Below, in pieces: positions 52,444 to 64,000 of a stretch of DNA of 64,000 nucleotides. The stretch lies in NCBI RefSeq assembly GCF_009914755.1, contig NC_060938.1; one strand, given 5' to 3'. The notes beneath the pieces were generated by a model that saw only the letters and a program-made list of their open reading frames with translations, made no database searches and had not been told where the DNA came from. The DNA is from the human T2T-CHM13v2.0 reference genome, Homo sapiens. Within the stretch, counting starts at the first letter, position 1, and each line of letters opens with the position of its first letter. Both the position numbers and the translations under genes were made by a program.

Positions 52444-54339
52444 TAATTTTAAATTTTTTTAATTTAAATTGGGGAGGTCTTCAAAGCTGCCTCAAATCCT
52501 TTATGGGATCAAGTGTGACATAAACATTTTCATCCCTCTAAGAATGCAGAGCTGGAAAAGTCCTTGAAGATCTTTAAGCCGAACGTACACAAACCTGTAC
52601 TGTTTGGTATGTACAAATGTCTCTAACTTACTGAAATTAGAGGCTCACAGTTAAAAATTGGGATAGTTTACAATTTAAAATGTCCAAATTTCCAACTTCT
52701 TTGGAGTAATCAGGAGATCTGTTGATATGGTCGTTAGACTGGACACACAGTTTCATCTATACCTCCAACAAGGATTCAAGGAGCATCTGCACCATGTGGA
52801 CACAGCCCCAGGCACGGATGATATACATGGCAGTGGCACGGTCAGGGATCCCCGTCCTCCTGGAGCCGACAGCAGGCTCTCCTCTGAGCTCCCGTGACCT
52901 GTCTCCTTGTCATGTTAATGACCTAGCCCCAGATGGTCCAGTTTATAACCCTTTCCTGGTCCAGCCACCTTGATTTACAGATGAGGAAACTGAGGCCCAG
53001 AGAGAGAATGTGACTTGCTGAAGACCACTTAGTGACCAATGGCAGACGTAGAACTAGAACCCAGGCCTCCTGACTCCAGTTCCCAGGACATTCGTCTGAG
53101 CTGGGCTGGCTGGCTTCAGGCAGCTACTCCCCTGCCCCCATGATCCGGTTCAGCTTTCCCTCCAGGTCCCTCCATCAGGGACCGCCCCTAGGGAGGGGCT
53201 CCCTCAGTGCTGCCAGGACCCCGGTGTTTTAGTAAATATGTGTCCTGTGCTGGGCTGATCTGACCCCTGTGGGGAGGGGCCCCTCTCCAGCCTCCAGCTG
53301 AGGGCAGGCAATGACTTCCACGAGGAATACACGTCATTGGCAGGTCCATCCCCTTCCCGCTGTCCAGCCAGCCTGGCGTCTGACTAATCAGAGCCCACAA
53401 GCCCACCATGTGAGTAGCCTTGCTGTTCCTTAGGTTGTTTGCCTTTGGTTTTTTAATTTTTTTTTAACTTACTATGATCAAGCTCTCAGCAGGCTCATCC
53501 AACCCAGTCATCCCTGCAGTGAAACCCATCATTTCAGCTGTGCGTGATGCTCAGCTAGTTGTCTCCGAAGCCTTTCGTCTTCCCACCCACACACCTTTTG
53601 GAGGTTGGCAACTGCCCAGTTCTCCTCCCCCTGCATCCACCCCCTCACCGTCTCCGTCCTTGCAGTTTCTATGGTGCTGCTGAGCCAGGGACCATCACTT
53701 TCTTTGCAAGATGGTTTCCATGGCAACGGGTGCTGTGGCATCTGAGTGAAGCAGAGGCTACCTCTTCTCCAGAGACTTCCTGGTGTGGCCTAGGTGCCCT
53801 GGCTGCCTCCTTCCGCTCTTGACTTCTTGTGTGGCCTGGGCAACTTGTGCTCTTCCCTCAGCCGGAAATGCTCAGCCATACTTGTTCATATAGTTTGTCC
53901 TCTCCCTCGATGCAGCACTTGGTTCAGATGCCACTTCCTCAAAGTGGACATCACTGACCTTTTGCCCCTAATTACTCTTTATCCCCTGCTCCCCGCTGGA
54001 CTTCTTCTGGCACTTAGTACACGCTGAAATTCTATTATTTGTTTATTTGTTTACTGCCCACCACTCTGTCTAGAATATACATTCCACAAGGGTAGAAACT
54101 TTGTCCTGCTCAATGCCCAGTTTCCAGAACCTTGCACAGTGACTGCCACATAGTAGGTACTCAATGAATAACCAATGATTAAGTAACTGGCCCCATGTCT
54201 CCTTTCCAGATCTCAGCCTTCTAGTCCATGGAACATCATTTATCCAGGTGTGATGTTGGGCTATGTCGTGTCTACGAGCTATGCGTTGGAGTTCTTCAAA
54301 AAGAAAAAGGAAAAGGAACAATGACTTGAAAAGCCTTTT

Positions 54340-54880
54340 AAATCTGGGACTGTTTGGAGAATCTGTTGCAAAGTAACAGATGACCCCAAACCTCAGCGGC
54401 TGAAAACAACAATGGCTTTATTTGCTTAAGATTCGGTGGGTCAGGAATTCAGGACTTAGCCAAGTGGTTCTTTGGCTCCATGTGGTGCCAGCCAGAGTCA
54501 TTCACTCAGCTGCATTCAGACCATGACTCGCTGGGCTGGTCTGGAAGGCCACAGAGGCTTTGCTCACATGTCTGGTGCCTGATTGTTCCTCCATGAGTCC
54601 TCTTTCTCTCTCTCTATTTGGTTAGCTTGGGCTTCCTCATAGCATGGCAGTCCCAGATCACTCAGACTTCATATATGGCAGCTGGCTTCTCAAAAGGAGC
54701 ATTCCAGCATGTAAAAGCAGAAGCTGCAGAACCTAAGGCTTAGCCTCACGTTGCATCACTTCTGTCCCATGTTATTAAGACAAGCCACAACTGATGTCTA
54801 AACTCAGAGGAAGGGGAAATAGACTCCACCTTTTATGGGAAGAGCAGCAAAGGCCTTGAAGCCATATTTCATCTACCACA
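54340..54880 (-). mobile_element. MLT1-type MaLR LTR
   Basis: gtaacagatgaccccaaacctcagcggctgaaaacaac...ggtcaggaattcagg...tctaccaca. Confidence 0.75.
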
Positions 54881-55427
54881 GGGACAAATCCCTTACCAGA
54901 TCCCACCAAAAAGACTTGGATAAATATATACTCCATAGGATCAGGCCTCACTCAGTGCCACTAATTGGAGGATTATAATTATCCACAAAAAGGCTAAGCA
55001 CAATGACGGACTAAGATAAAGGATGAGTTTGCTGCGGAAAGTAATACTAAGGACAAAATTGAGGGAGAGTGTCAGCCCAACTTGTGAAATATGGCTAATA
55101 CCTGTGCTAGTTATACTTCTTTTGGTTACAAAAACATAATCTTAGAGACCCTTTGGATTGCTTAAACAAATAAACAAACAAAATATTGGAAGGACTGCCA
55201 GGTTGTGGGCGAGTCTCACGGAGCATGGAACAACTGGATCACAGAGAAACCAGCTCTGGGGACTCAGCCGCAGGGGGCTACGGGTTGTCTTTTGAGGCTC
55301 TGCTGCAACCGCAACTCAGCATTCAAGACTCTTGCTCACTGTTTTCCTCACTTCCAAATCTCACTTTCCAGGACAGGGACTCAGTGGCCCATCATTCAGG
55401 TGTGCTGCTAGCTCCAGCCTGGGGGAC

Positions 55428-55792
55428 TGATATGGTCTGGCTGTGTCCCTACCCAAATCTCATCTTGAATTGTAGTGCCCATAATCCACACGTGTCATGG
55501 GAGGGACCCGGTGGGAGGTAACTGAATCATGGGGGTGGGTTTTTCCTGTGCTGTTCTCGTGATAGTGAGTAAGTCTCAGGGAGATCTGATGGTTTTATAA
55601 AGAGCACTTCCTCTGCACATGCTCTCTTGTCTGCTGTCGTGTAAGACGTGACTTTGCTCTTCCTTCACCTTCTGCCATGATGGTGAGGCCTCCCCAGCCA
55701 TGTGAAAGTGTGAGTCCATTAAACCTCTTTCCTTTATAAATTACCCAGTCTCAGGTATGTCTTTGTTAGCAGCATGAGAATGGACTAATACA
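55428..55792 (+). mobile_element. THE1 solo LTR
   Basis: tgatatggtctggctgtgtccctacccaaatctcatcttgaattgtag...ggactaataca. Confidence 0.92.
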
Positions 55793-57540
55793 TGGAAAGA
55801 CGCCCAGGCCCGGCCATGGCCTTAGGGACTGTGCAAGGTATCAGGGGCAGATCCTGAAGAGGGGAGGTGATTGCAACCCAGGGGCAGGATGGACACCTCC
55901 CACTCAAATTTGATCTGGATGTTGAGACCAACAACAACACACATGCACCCGAGGATATAGCAAGATCTAATGCTCACACTATGAGGCTTCTCAGGATAGC
56001 AGGGCAGGTTGCCTAAGGTGCTCTGAACATGGCTTGAGAAATCAAGGAAAGAAGACTGACTGTCTTGGTGTTTTATGGTGGTTAGTGGGTGGGGCTGGGG
56101 TGAGAATTCCCAAGCACAGTTTGAGAGGCACTGGGCTATCCCATCAGTGGGCCCAGATGTGGGGTAGAAAGGGGAGAGGGAGGAACCAAGCCTAAAAGCT
56201 GTCAGCAGCCAAGCATCAAGAAACGGAGTCAGACTGCATTCCAAGGACCTGCTGCCAAGTCCTTCATAGCCACACAGCAGTTTAGAGAACCTGCTCCTCC
56301 CTTTACCCTACAATCCACAACAGCTCCAAAGCACTGAGACCTAGGAGACCCTGAGCTGAGGGCTAGAGAAGGACAGGGCAGAAGGTCAGGTGTTTGCTCT
56401 GAACCTGGACTTCGGTCAGCACTGCACAGAGACGGCAGCGTAGGCAGGAAGCCTGGGGTGGGAAGGGCGGCAAGGCTGGGCTGGAGCCATGGTGGGCAGA
56501 GGGACAGGGTTTGGAGGATGAAGCAGGCCCTCGAAGAACAGAAATCCCCATCCCCTCCCTCTCTCCTCAGTTCAGAAATATCTTCACCTTCTGAAATCAT
56601 CAGCTCAGCATCAGTTAGAAAATCCTCATGGCTATGGTGATACCCGCTCTGCATGGCCAGAATCAATGTCCTCAAATCAAACCAAACCGGGATCAACCCA
56701 ATGCCCCCTTCTCCATGACGCTTGCCCCTATCTCCCCTTCCCTCCCCTTGCTCTGCGGCCTGTGGCCTCACCTAGGGCTGCCTCATCATGTCTTTGCTGC
56801 TCTCTAAGGTCAAGGTTGCTCACGTCTGTGCCCTGGATGTACCCTGGCCCCCGGGCACAGCCATCATCATTCCATGCTCCATACTTCTACAGGACATTTG
56901 CCTATGCTGTTCCCCTACCTGGAACACTGTTCCACGCTTGGTACCTCCTTGTCATTCTGCTCAGCTCAAATGCTCCTTCCCCAGGAAACCCTTCCTGAAA
57001 GCCCCCTCCCCCAGCCAGCGAATCCCCATTGCAGTCAATCCCAGCTCCTGCTCTACGCTTCAGAGCCCACCCACACTGTGTAGCTGCAGGAGCTGCTCCC
57101 GCCAACCAAAATAGGGTGATTTTGCTCACTGCAGCAGGAGTTCAGTAAGTAGCTGAGAACGAGTGCATGAAGCAATGAAGGAATGAACTCAGGGTGCTGC
57201 TGAAGTCTTCTCCCCACTGGGCCAGCGGCTGTTTCTCTTTCTCCTCCAACCTTCGACAAGTCTGAGCTCAGGAGAGGAAGGGGCCTGTGTGATGTGAACC
57301 CAGCTGCTGCGAATCTTTCTGAGCCCAGCTCCTCCATTAACTTGCCTTAGTCAAGTTCTAACCCTCACGTAAGAGGGGGTGTTTGGCTAGATGAGCTAGC
57401 ATTAACACTTTCAGAATAGTAGAGGACTAAGCCTGTGTTTCCAAACGCAAAAGCCACCTTTTCCCACCCAAAGCCCCAGGGCACGGGTTTTAGGAGCGCC
57501 TGAAGGCAGTGGATGTGCCAGTGCAGTTAAGAAATGGAGG

Positions 57541-57573
57541 CGCGCCCTCTGGTGGTGAAAATTCAAACTGCAG
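57541..57573 (-). promoter_or_regulatory. Strong candidate CTCF site with upstream module
   Basis: Minus strand CTGCAGtttgaattttcaCCACCAGAGGGCGCG: consensus core plus TGCAG 12 nt upstream, in a local CpG cluster. Confidence 0.75.
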
Positions 57574-57748
57574 AGACCAGGCCCCGCCAAACGCTTGCCC
57601 TGAGGCCGTGGGTGATTCTTAAGACCCGCTAGGGGACAGCATTAAAGTGCAGGACCCCCAGACCCGCCCTGCACGCCCACACCCGTGATTCTGATTCAAG
57701 AGACTTGGGGGAAAGCCTGTGATTCTTTGCTTTTAATAACTACTTCTA

Positions 57749-58030
57749 GGCCAGGCACAGTGGCTCCTAGGATTTTGGGAGGCCAAAGTGGGTGGATGAC
57801 TTGAGCCCAGGAGTTCCAGACCAGCCTGGGTGATACGGTGAAACACCCGTCTCTACAAAAAATACAAAAATTAGCCGGGCGTGGTGGTGCATGCCTGTAG
57901 TCCCAGTTACTCTGGAGGCTGTGGTGGGAGGAACATCTGAGCCCAGGAGGTTGAGGCTGCAGTGAGCCAAGATCGTGTCACTGACTTCCAGTCTGGGTGA
58001 CAGAGCAAGACTCTGTCTCAAAAATAAATT
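57749..58030 (+). mobile_element. AluJ
   Basis: ttgagcccaggagttccagacc and gaggttgaggctgcagtgagcc are J-type diagnostics. Confidence 0.88.
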
Positions 58031-58619
58031 AATTAACGAGTACCTCTCTTATGGAGGACTCCAGGGCCACATTTTGAGGAATGTTGGTCTTAGGCAAAAA
58101 GCAGCTGAATTCCTTGGTATCCTAGTGCCTCGGTGGTGTTATGGGGCGGTGGCCTCTGTGACTGTGGGTGTGGCCTCAGGGTAGCAGAATTTCGCTGGGA
58201 GACGCACAGCTTCCTGCAGGGTCGCAGGCCCACAGGGGGCTCAGTCTACCCACATAACCCAAGAAGAAAGCCTAATCCTCTTTGAGGGGAAAGTGTGGGT
58301 TGGGACTGCCCCCGGCTGGCTGCACAATTGGTTGAGGTTAAATCTCCTTTCTAATAGTACTAGTCAAAGGCGGAGGTGAAGAGCTTGGACTTTGGAACCA
58401 GAAATTTCTGAGTTCAAATCTCAGTTTTCCCATATAGGAGCTGTGCGACCTCAAGGAAGATATTTAGCGCCCCTGGGCCTCCATCACCTCCTCTCTTTAA
58501 TGAAGGTAAAGCATGTCTCTTAGGATTCCTAGGATTATTTAATGTCATTACACTATCAAAGACAAGACCCAGCACATTGCAAAATCTCCACAGATAGGAT
58601 CTGGTTTTGTTGCAGTTAT

Positions 58620-61600
58620 TATTGTAGTTATTTTTATTACTTTTTTCCATAGGTTTTTGGGGTACAGGTGGTATTTGGTTACACGAGTAAGTTCTTCAGT
58701 GGTGATTTGTGAGCTTTTGGTACACACATCACCTGAACAGTATACACTGCACCATATTTGTAGTCTTTTATCCCTCGCCCCCCTCCCACCTTTCCCTCAA
58801 GTTCCCAAAGTCCACTGTATCATTCTTATGCCTTTATATCCCCATAACTTAGCTCCCACCTATCAGTGAAAACATTCGATGTTTGGTTTTCCATTCCTGA
58901 ATTACCTCACTTAGAATAATAGTGCCCAGTCTCATCCAGGTCGCTGCAAATGCCGTTAATTCATTCCTTTTTATGGCTGAGTACTATTCCATTGTGTATA
59001 CATACTGCAGTTTCTTTATCCACTCATTGATTGATTGGCATTTGGGTTGGTTCCATGATTTTGCAATTGCAAATTGTGCTACTATAAACATGCTTGTGCA
59101 AGTATATTTTTCGTATAATGACTTATTTTCCTCTGGGTAGATACCCAGTAGAGGGATTGCTGGATCAAATGGTAGTTCTACTTTTAGTTCTTTAAGGAAT
59201 TTCCACACTGTTTTCCATAGTGGCTATACTCATTTACATTCCCACCAGCTGTGTAGAAGTGTTCCCTGTTCACCGCATCCATGCCAACATCTACTGTTTT
59301 TTGATTTTATGATTATGGCCATTCTTGCAGGAGTAGGGTGGTAACACATTGTGGTTTTGATTTGCATTTCCCTGATCATTAGTGACATTGAGGATTTTTT
59401 CATATGTTTGTTGGCCATTTGTATAATCTTCTTTTGAGAATTGTCTATTCATATCCTTAGCCCACTTTTTGATGGGATTGTTTGTTTTGTTCTCAGATTT
59501 GTTTGAGTTCACTGTAGATTCTGGATATTAGTTCTCTGTCAGATTTATAGATTGTGAAAATTTTCTCCCACTCTGTGGGCTGTCTGTTTACTCTGCTGAC
59601 AGTTCCTTTTGCTGTGCAAAAGCTCTTTAGTTTAATTAGGTCCCAACTATTTATCTTTGTTTTTATTGCATTTGCTTTTGGGTTCTTGGTCATGAAATTC
59701 TTGCCTAAGCCAATGTCTAGAAGGGTTTTTTCAATGTTATCTTCTAGGATTTGTATAGTTTTAGGTCTTAGATTCAAGTCCTTAATCCATCTTGAGTTGA
59801 TTTTTGTATTAAGGTGAGAGACGAGGATCCAGTTTCATTCTTCTACATGTGGCTAACTAATTATCCCAGCACCATTTGTTGAAAAGGGTGTCTTTCCCCA
59901 ACTTTATGTTTTTGTTTGCTTTGTCAAAGATCGGTTGGCTGTAAGTATTTGGGTTTATTTCGAGGCTCTCTATTCTGTTCCATCGGTCTATGTGCCTATT
60001 TTTAAACCAGTACCATGCTGTTTTGGTGACTATGGTCTCACAGAATAGTTTGAAATCAGGTAGTGTGATGCCCCCAGATTCCTACTTTTTGTTTAGTCTT
60101 GCTTTGGCTATGCAGGCACTTTTTTTGGTTCCATATGAATTTTAGAAGTGTTTTTCCTAATTCTGTGAAAAATGATGGGGGTATTTTGATGGAGATTGCA
60201 TTGAATTTGTAGAATGCTTTTGGTAGTATGGTCATTTTCACAATATTGATACTACCCATCCATAAGCATGAGATGTGTTCCCATTTGTTTTTGTCAACTA
60301 TGATTTCTTTCAGGAGTGTTTTGTAGTTTTCCTAGTAGAGGTCTTTTGCCTCCTTGGTTAGGTACATTCCAAAGTATTTTACCTTTTTTGTAGCTATTAT
60401 AAGAGGAGTTGAGTTCTTATTTGATTCTCTGCTTGGCCGCTCTTGGTGTATAGAAGAGCAACTGATTTGTGTACATTAATCTTGTATCTGGAAACTTTGT
60501 TAAATTCTTTTATCCGTTATAGGAGCTTTCTGGAGGAGTTTTTAGGGTTTTCAAGGTAAACGATCATATCGTCAGCAGTGAGAGTTTGACTTCCATTTTA
60601 CCAATTTGGATGCCCTTTATTTCTTTCTCTTGTCTGATTACTTTGGCTAGGACTTCCAGGACTATGTTGAAGAGGAGTGGTAAGAGTGGGCCTCCTTGTC
60701 TTGTTCCAGTTCTCAGAGGGAATGCTTTCAACTTTTCCCCATTCAGTATTATGTTGGCTGTGGGTTTGTCATAGATGACTTTTATTACATTGAGGTATGT
60801 CCCTTGTATGCCGATTTTGCTGAAAGTTTTAATCATAAATAGATGCTGGATTTTTTCGAATGCTTTTTCTACAGCTATTGAGATAATCATGTGATTTTTG
60901 TTTTTAATTCTGTTTATGTGGTGTATCACATTTATTGACTTGTGTATGTTAAACCATCCCTGCATCTCTGGTATGAAACCCACTTGATCATGGTGGATTA
61001 TCTTTTTGATATGTTGTTGGATTTGGTTAGCTAGTATTTTGCTAAAGATTTTAGAGTCTATGTTCATCAGGGATATTGGTCTGTAGTTTTCTTTTTTGGT
61101 TATGTCCTTTCCTGGTTTTGGTATTAGGGTGATACTGGCTTCATAGAATGAAAGAGAGGGTTGCCTCTCTCTCTGTCTTGTGGAATAGTGTCAAAAAGAT
61201 TGGTACCAATTCTTCTTTGAATGTGGTAGAATTCTGCTGTGAATCCATCTGGTCCTGGGCTTTTTTTGTTGGTTATTTTTTATTTACTATTTCAATCTTA
61301 CTGCTTATTATTGGTCTGTTCAGAGTATCTAATTCCTCCTGATTTAAGCTAAGATGGTTGTATTTTTCCAGGAAGTTATCCATCTCTTCTAGGTTTTCTA
61401 GTTGATGTGCATAGAAGTGTTCATAGTAGCCTCAAATAATCTTTTGTATTTCAGTGGTGTCAGTTGTAATATGTTCTGTTTCATTTTTTAATGAGGTTAT
61501 TTGGATTTTCTCTCTTTTTTCTTGGTTAATCTTGCTAATGGTCTGTCAATTTTATTTATCTTTTCAAAGAACCAGCTTTTGTTTCATGTATTTTCTGTGT

Positions 61601-64000
61601 TTTTTTGTTTGTTTGTTTCAATTTCATTTAGTTCTGCTTTGATCTTGATTATTTCTTTTCTTCTGCTTGGTTTGGGTTTGGTTTATTCTTGTTTCTCTAC
61701 TTCCTTGAGATTTGACCTTGGAATGTCAGTTTGTGCTCTTTCAGTCTTTTTGATGTAGACATTTAGGGCTATGAACTTTCCTCTTAGCACAGCCTTCGCT
61801 TTATCCCAGAGGTTTTGATAGGTTGTGTCATTATTGTCATTCAGTTTGAAGAATTTTTTAATTTCAGTCTTGATTTCATTTTTGACCCAATGCTCATCTG
61901 GGAGCAGGTTACTTAATGTCTGTATATTTGCGTGGCTTCAAAGCTTCCTTTTGGAGTTGACTTCCAGTTTCATTCCACTGTGATCTCAGAGAGTACTTGA
62001 TATAATTTCAATTTTCTTAAATTTATTGAGGCTCATTTTATGGCCTATCATGTGGTCTATCTTGGAGAAAATTCCATGCACTGTTGAATAGAGGGTGGAT
62101 TCTGCAGTTGTTGGATGAAATGTTCTGTATATATCTGTTAAGTCCATTTATTCCAAGGTATAGTTTAAATCCATTGTTCTTTTGTTGACTTTCTGTCTTG
62201 ATGACCTGTCTAGTACTGTCAGAGGAGTATTAAAGTCCCCCACTATTATTGTGTTGCTGTCTATCTCATTTCTTAGATATATTAGTAATTGTTTTACAAA
62301 TTTGGGAGCTCCAGTGTTAGGTAGATATATGTTTAGGATTGTGATATTTTCTTGTTAAACAAGGCCTTTTACCATTGTATAATGTCTCTCTTTGTCTCTT
62401 TTAACTGCTGTTGCTTTAAAGTTTGCTTTGTCTGATATAAGAATAGGTAACCCTGCCCACTTTTGGTGTCCATTTGCATTAAAGGTCTTTTTCCACCCCT
62501 TTAAGTTTATGTGAGTCCTTACATGTTAGGTGAGTCTCTTGAAGGCAGAAGATTGTTGGTTGCTGAGTTCTTATGCATTCTGCAGCTCTATATCTTTTAA
62601 GTGGGGTATTTAGGCCATTTACATTTAATGTTAGTATTGAGATGTGGGGTACCATTGCATTCATTGTGCTATTTGTTGCCTGTGTACTTTGGTTTTTTTG
62701 TTTTTGTTTTTGCTTTTTAAAATGTATTTTTGTATCACAGGTCCTGTGTGATCTATGTTTTAAACAGGTTCTGTTTTGATGTGTTTTCAGAATTTGTTTC
62801 AAGATTTAGAGCTCCTTTTAGCAGTTCTTATAGTGCTGCCTTGGTAGTGGTGAATTCTCTCAGCATTTGTTTATCTGAAAAAGACTGTATCTTTCCTTCA
62901 TATATGATGCTTAATATCACTAGATATAAAATTCTTGGCTGAAAATTGTTTTGTTTGAGAAGGCTGAAGATAGGGCCCCAATCCCTTCTGGCTCGTAGAT
63001 TTCTCTGCTGAGAAATCTGCTGTTAATCTAATAAGTTTGCCTGTATAGGTTACCTGGTGGTTTTGTGTCACAGCTCTTAAAATTCTTTTCTTTGTCTTAA
63101 CTTTAGATAACCTGATGACAATGTGCCTAAGTCATTATCTTTTTGCAATGAATTTCCCAGGTGTTCTTTGTGCTTCTTGTATTTGGATGTCTAGGTCTCT
63201 AGCAAGACTGGGGAAGATTTCCTTGATTATTCCCGCAAGTTTGGAAATGTTACCTGGTGCTTTCCAAACTTTCAGATTTCTCTTCTTCCTCGGGAGCACC
63301 GATTATCCTTAGGTTTGGTCGTTTAACATAATCCCAAACTTCTTGGAGGCTTTGTTCATATTTTCTTTGTTTTTGTTGGATTGGGTTAATTTGAAGATCT
63401 TGTCTTCAAACTCTAAATTTCTTTCTTCTACTTGTTCAATTCTATTGTAAGACTTTCCAGAGCATTTTGTATTTCTGTCAGTATTTCTATCAGTGTGTTC
63501 AATGTTTCCTGAAGTTTTGATTTTTTTAATGCTATCTATTTCCTTGAATATTTCTCCCTTCACTTCTTGTATTGTTTTTTGGATTTCCTTGCATTGGGCT
63601 TCACCTTTCTCTGGTGCCTCCCTGATTAGCTTAATAACTAACCTCCTGAATTCTTTTTCAGATAAATCAGGGATTTCTTCTTGGTTTGGATCCATTATTG
63701 GTGAGCTAGTGTGATTTTGGTGGTGGGGGGTGGGGGGCGGGGGGGTGGTGTTAAAGAGCCTTGTTTTGTCATATTACCAGTGTTGGTTTTCCGGTTCCTT
63801 CTCATTTGGGTAGGCTCTCTCTGAGGGAAGGTCTAGGGCTAAAGGCTGTTGTTCAGATTCTTTTGTCCCACACTGTGTTCCCTTGATGTAGTACTCTCCC
63901 CCTTTTCCTATGGATGTGGCTTCCTGTGAGCCACGTTGCAGTGATTGTTATTTTTCTTCTGAGTCTAGCCACCCAGCAAGTCTGCCCGGCTCCAGGCTGG
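58620..64000 (-). mobile_element. Long, inactive L1PB-type LINE-1 running off the right edge
   Basis: ORF1 N-terminus (MDPNQEEIPDLSEKEFRRLVIKLI, 63695-63309), ORF2 endonuclease start (HISILTLNVNGLN...CLQETHL), RT segment (61067-60564) and 3'UTR; many stops and frameshifts. Confidence 0.96.

Noticed and set aside
58620-64000. Potentially active LINE-1
   Set aside because: Old subfamily with ORF1 and ORF2 fragmented by stops and frameshifts.

Overview
Human genomic DNA from the 14q32 clade-A serpin cluster, recognised from the vaspin protein sequence and primate-specific Alu/L1/THE1 repeats. The only protein-coding gene is SERPINA12 (vaspin) on the minus strand. Two coding exons lie in the window (5887-5254 and 4133-3863; 905 nt of CDS, splice phases verified); the remaining exons, including the reactive-centre loop, lie left of position 1. 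Candidate non-coding 5' exons lie at about 16.8-25 kb. The right ~35 kb is repeat-rich intergenic DNA (L1, Alu, MaLR/ERV LTRs, MER20, Tigger- and Charlie-type DNA transposon relics) ending in a long decayed L1. I find no evidence of a new protein-coding system: the long Gly/Asp, Val/Met and Thr/Ile ORFs at 26-28 kb are by-products of a 1.9-kb GGT/GAT repeat. The most notable structural observations are: (i) a 239-bp composite insertion stitched from two nearby templates in opposite orientations, a template-switch signature; (ii) a ~245-bp intronic inverted duplication with a young AluYa5 in one arm; (iii) the hierarchical (TGG)-rich VNTR upstream of the gene; (iv) co-oriented CTCF motifs, including one with an upstream module; and (v) a fragile AAG splice acceptor in SERPINA12. 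Repeat subfamily names come from recalled consensus sequences and their boundaries are approximate unless a target-site duplication (TSD) is given.
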